64,000 bases of DNA from an uncultured Gammaproteobacteria bacterium (GTDB lineage Bacteria > Pseudomonadota > Gammaproteobacteria > Pseudomonadales > Halieaceae): NCBI GenBank assembly GCA_963700715.1, contig CAVOYP010000011.1, positions 8,349-72,348 on the forward strand. Reading direction: 5' to 3'. Each line of letters begins with the position of its first letter. Position 1 is the stretch's first letter. Shown here piece by piece: positions 59,563 through 64,000 of this stretch. Made by a program: the position numbers and the translations under genes. The notes beneath the pieces are model-generated. The model ran no database searches. It worked only from the letters and a program-made list of their open reading frames with translations, and was not told the DNA's origin.

Positions 59563-61952
59563 AAAATTTCCTTTACCAGCTCCTCGCTGGCCTGGTTGTC
59601 GGATCCGGGGCCGCCATCCCGGCCCCGGCTACCCGGCAGGGTGTCCTTGAGAAAATATTCGAAGCTCCCGTCGTCGATCCTGACGCTGACAATTCCCGGC
59701 GGCACGGAGCGCCGTATTTCGGGCTTTTCGCGCAGGGCCTCACGCATAAACCCGATCCATATGGGAAGTGCGGCGGTGCCACCGAACTCCCGTCGGCCCA
59801 GTGGTGTGTAGTTGTCAAAACCGACCCAGGTCGTGGTGACCACCTCGGGGTTGTAACCCGAAAACCACACGTCCATGGGGCCGTTGGTGGTTCCGGTCTT
59901 GCCGGCGATATCGCTGCGCTTCAACTCCAGGGCCTTGCGGCCGGTGCCTTTGGTGATGACATCTTTCAGGATGCTGTCGATGATGAAGTTGACCCCGGCA
60001 TCCATGATGCGCGGCGCCGGCGGGAGGCCGGCAGCCCCGGCGCTTTCACCTGCCAGTATTTCCTCCATGCTGAGCTCCTGGGTTGCCTCAGCCGGCGCCT
60101 CTTCGCAGCTGCGGCAGGCTGTCAGTGGCGCGGCCCGGTAAAGTTCCTGTCCTTCCATATCCACCACCCTGTCGATCAGGTAGGGTTCAACCCTGAAGCC
60201 CCCGTTGGCAATTACCGCATAAGCCCCGGCGACATCCAGTACGCTCATCACCTGGGTGCCCAGCGCCAATGACAGGTTGCGGGGGTATTCCGAGGTATCG
60301 AAGCCGAAGCGGGCCAAGTAGTCGAGCAGCTTGTCCACGCCCAGTTGTTGCAACAGCCGGATCGACACCAGGTTGCGGGATTTGGTCAGGGCCCAGCGCA
60401 GCCTCGTTGGGCCGTAGAACTTGCCCTCGTCGTTTTCAGGGCGCCACATGCCGTCCTCGGCGGAGACATCTTCCAGCACGATTGGCGCATCGTTGATGAT
60501 GCTGGCGGCGGTGAAACCCGATTCAAGGGCGGCGCTGTAAAGGAAGGGCTTGAAGCTCGATCCCGGCTGGCGCAGCGCCTGGGTGGCCCGGTTGAATTTG
60601 CTCAATTCGAAGCCGAGTCCGCCAACGACGCTGATAATGGCGCCATCATCAGCGCGCAGCGAAACCAGTGCGGCCTGCACGTCAGGCACCTGGCTCAAGT
60701 GCCAGCTGCCATCCTCCGCGCGCCTGACGCGAATCAGGTCACCGATGGCCAGGAACTCGGCGGGGTTGGCCGGCCTGCTCCCCACCGCACTCTCGTTCAG
60801 GTAGGGGGAGGCCTGGCGCAGGCCATTTTCCCACAGCACCGTATCGCGGGTCCCGTCTGCAAACAAAATGGCGACCCGGTCCGCCGCGACCTCGGTGACC
60901 ACCACGGGCAGGAGATCGGCGATGACCTGGCTGGCTGCGAGTGCATCGAGCCAGACCTGGTCGGCATCGGTTTCCCCTGGTGGCAGTCTCTGCTCGGGCC
61001 CGCGGTAGCCGTGGCGGTCGTCATAGGCTAGCAGGCCATCTATCACGGCGCGGCGCGCTACCTGCTGCAGCCTGCTGTCGATAGTGGTATAGACGTGGTA
61101 GCCATCGGTGTAGGCGGCGCTACCGAACCGATCCAGCATTTCCTGGCGGGCCATTTCCGCAGCGTAGTGGGCCGCGAAACTGAGCTGTTCGCCGTGGTGA
61201 GTCGCGTTATCGGGTTGCGCCACGGCCGCGCTGTACTGGGCCTGGTCGATGTAACCGAGATCGAGCATACGACCGAGGATCCAGTTGCGCCGCTCGGTGC
61301 TCGCGGCGGGGCCGCTGATCGGGTTGTTGCGGGAGGGCGCCTTGGGAATGGCCGCCAGCATGGCGTGCTGGGCGAGGTCGAGCTCCTTGATGCTCTTGCC
61401 GTAGTAGACCTGCGCCGCAGCCTCAAAACCGTAGGCGCGGTGGCCGAGGAAGACCCGGTTGAAATACAGCTCGAAAATCTCGCGCTTGTCCAGGGTCCGC
61501 TCGATCTCGATAGCCAGCAGTATCTCGTTGAACTTGCGCATGAAGGTGCGCTCGAAGCTCAGGAAATAGTTGCGCGCGACCTGCATGGTCAGGGTGCTGC
61601 CGCCGGAGCCCTTTTCTCCCGTCAGGGCCAGCTCGGAGACAGCCCGCAGCAGCCCGGTGATATCAATACCCGAGTGGCGAAAGTAGTTCGCGTCCTCGGC
61701 CGCCAGCAGGGCCTGGATGAACTGTGGCGGGATCTCGTCAAAAGGCAGTGGAGAGCGCTTCTGCTCGCCAAACTGGCCGATCAAATGGCCGTCCCGGGTA
61801 TAAACCCGCATCGGGGTCTGCAGTTTCACATCCCGCAGGGTGTCGACGTCGGGCAGGTTCGGGCTCAGGTACAAGTAGATCCCGGCGAAGAGCCAAAAGG
61901 CACCAAAAAGTCCAAATAATGTGAGGCGTAAAAGCGCTCGAAGGATTCGCAT
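59559..61952 (-). CDS. mrcA: Penicillin-binding protein 1A (bifunctional glycosyltransferase/transpeptidase)
   Basis: N-terminal TM helix; GT51 motifs (AAEDANYFRHSGID, GGSTLTMQVARN); transpeptidase SSFKP and KTGTTN. Confidence 0.93.
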   Translation of the reverse strand: MRILRALLRLTLFGLFGAFWLFAGIYLYLSPNLPDVDTLRDVKLQTPMRVYTRDGHLIGQFGEQKRSPLPFDEIPPQFIQALLAAEDANYFRHSGIDITGLLRAVSELALTGEKGSGGSTLTMQVARNYFLSFERTFMRKFNEILLAIEIERTLDKREIFELYFNRVFLGHRAYGFEAAAQVYYGKSIKELDLAQHAMLAAIPKAPSRNNPISGPAASTERRNWILGRMLDLGYIDQAQYSAAVAQPDNATHHGEQLSFAAHYAAEMARQEMLDRFGSAAYTDGYHVYTTIDSRLQQVARRAVIDGLLAYDDRHGYRGPEQRLPPGETDADQVWLDALAASQVIADLLPVVVTEVAADRVAILFADGTRDTVLWENGLRQASPYLNESAVGSRPANPAEFLAIGDLIRVRRAEDGSWHLSQVPDVQAALVSLRADDGAIISVVGGLGFELSKFNRATQALRQPGSSFKPFLYSAALESGFTAASIINDAPIVLEDVSAEDGMWRPENDEGKFYGPTRLRWALTKSRNLVSIRLLQQLGVDKLLDYLARFGFDTSEYPRNLSLALGTQVMSVLDVAGAYAVIANGGFRVEPYLIDRVVDMEGQELYRAAPLTACRSCEEAPAEATQELSMEEILAGESAGAAGLPPAPRIMDAGVNFIIDSILKDVITKGTGRKALELKRSDIAGKTGTTNGPMDVWFSGYNPEVVTTTWVGFDNYTPLGRREFGGTAALPIWIGFMREALREKPEIRRSVPPGIVSVRIDDGSFEYFLKDTLPGSRGRDGGPGSDNQASEELVKEIF

Positions 61953-62116
61953 TTATCCCTTTACAAACAGTGGGTTGTATTAATTGTATGGAGAGAACGG
62001 CCTGCGGTATTGGTAATTATATGCTTTTTTTCGGTTTGGATATATTTTGGAGTGTGCTATATCTAACAATTAATGTAGCTACACATAAAAATATCCTAAG
62101 TTAGTGATACTGATAG

Positions 62117-63189
<1,073 letters not shown>

Positions 63190-63190
<1 letters not shown>

Positions 63191-63759
63191 TGGCACAGAT
63201 TAACCTACTGCCATGGCGCGAGGAGCGGCGCCAGGAGCTCAAGAAGGATTTCCTGATTACCGTGGGGCTGGTACTTGCCCTCGGCCTTGGCCTGGTGGCG
63301 CTGGGCGATCGCATCGTCGATGGGCAGATCCAGCATCAGAAGGCCCGCAACCAGTACCTGACGGACAATATCAAGGTGCTGGACGAGCAGGTGGCGGAGA
63401 TCCAGGAGCTGCAGAAGAAGCGCAACCAGCTGCTCGACCGGATGCGCGTAATCCAGGAGTTGCAGGGCAACAGACCCATTATCGTGCGGGTGCTGGACCA
63501 GCTCGTTCGCACCGTACCCGACGGGGTGTTCTACACCAGCCTGCAAACCAAGGACCAAACCATATCGATTCGCGGTATAGCCGAGTCCAATAACAGGGTA
63601 TCCAGCCTGATGCGGCGCCTTGACGCGTCGGATTGGCTGGCCAACCCCAACCTGGACTCCGTAAAAGCGGCGCCCGAATTCGGCGATCAGGCCAATACTT
63701 TCAGCTTGACGGTGCAGATACGGGCACCCGATGCGGAAATCAAGTCAGGGGAGGGTTGA
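63190..63759 (+). CDS. pilN: Type IV pilus assembly protein PilN
   Basis: MAQINLLPWREERRQELKKDF plus a TM helix. The start overlaps the pilM stop (TAATG). Confidence 0.9.
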
Positions 63760-63762
63760 GCG

Positions 63763-64000
63763 ATGGCACTTGAAGATATCACACGCTCACTGCGCGAATT
63801 CGACATCGCCAGTCTCGACTTCGAAAACGTCGGCTCATGGCCGGTTGCGGTAAAGGTAGCCATCTGGGGCTTGCTGCTGATCGCTGTGCTCGTGGGCGGC
63901 TACTACTATCACATCAAGGATCTCCAGGCCCAGTTGGCACAAGTGGAAGGGCAGGAGCTTGAGCTTAAAAAGGACTTTGAGAAAAAGGCGTTCCAGGCCG
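63763..64000 (+). CDS. pilO: Type IV pilus assembly protein PilO, N-terminal fragment (runs off the window)
   Basis: My translation: MALEDITRSLREFDIASLDFENVGSWPVAVKVAIWGLLLIAVLVGGYYYHIKDL... It follows pilN, as expected. Confidence 0.8.
   Translation, partial: MALEDITRSLREFDIASLDFENVGSWPVAVKVAIWGLLLIAVLVGGYYYHIKDLQAQLAQVEGQELELKKDFEKKAFQA

Overview
GC-rich (about 60-65% by eye, not computed) gammaproteobacterial chromosomal segment. It is densely packed with about 62 protein-coding genes. I found no rRNA, tRNA, CRISPR array, transposase or integrase. Gene order follows several Pseudomonas-type core synteny blocks, recalled from memory rather than searched: gpmI | rhodanese-grxC-secB | ntrC-ntrB-DUF4124-glnA | typA-dtd; parC / ytjB-like / serB; efp-epmA; a FAN1-like VRR-NUC nuclease plus Fe-S helicase; an ECF sigma-ChrR pair divergent from an oxidoreductase-DUF1365-CFA-synthase-like operon; pntAA-pntAB-pntB; then tatCBA-hisEI-ubiBJE-DUF971-hslUV-SPOR-argS-priA | rpmE | malic enzyme | mrcA | pilMNO. 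Main second-look items follow. (1) A ~7.4 kb accessory block (CusBA-like heavy-metal RND pair, alkaline phosphatase, GST) sits inside the usually contiguous gpmI/rhodanese junction. It carries four frame-breaking 1-nt indels within ~4.5 kb, while the other ~56 kb has no detectable frame breaks, so this is localized gene decay or a local assembly problem. (2) A translationally coupled FAN1-like nuclease / XPD-DinG-type Fe-S helicase pair, the helicase having an N-terminal PD-(D/E)XK-like domain. (3) A ChrR/ECF-sigma module with two matching divergent promoters, (A/T)GATCC-N16-CGTA(A/T)A. (4) A perfect 21-bp palindrome between an MmyB-like regulator and a small membrane protein. (5) Several uncharacterized signalling-type proteins: a 611-aa PilZ-like protein next to efp, a YtjB-like fusion protein and a tandem-cNMP-domain protein. 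I see no clearly new multi-gene system such as a defence island; most of the window is ordinary core genome. All functional calls rest on my recognition of family motifs in the supplied translations. No database search was possible, and start codons are best guesses.
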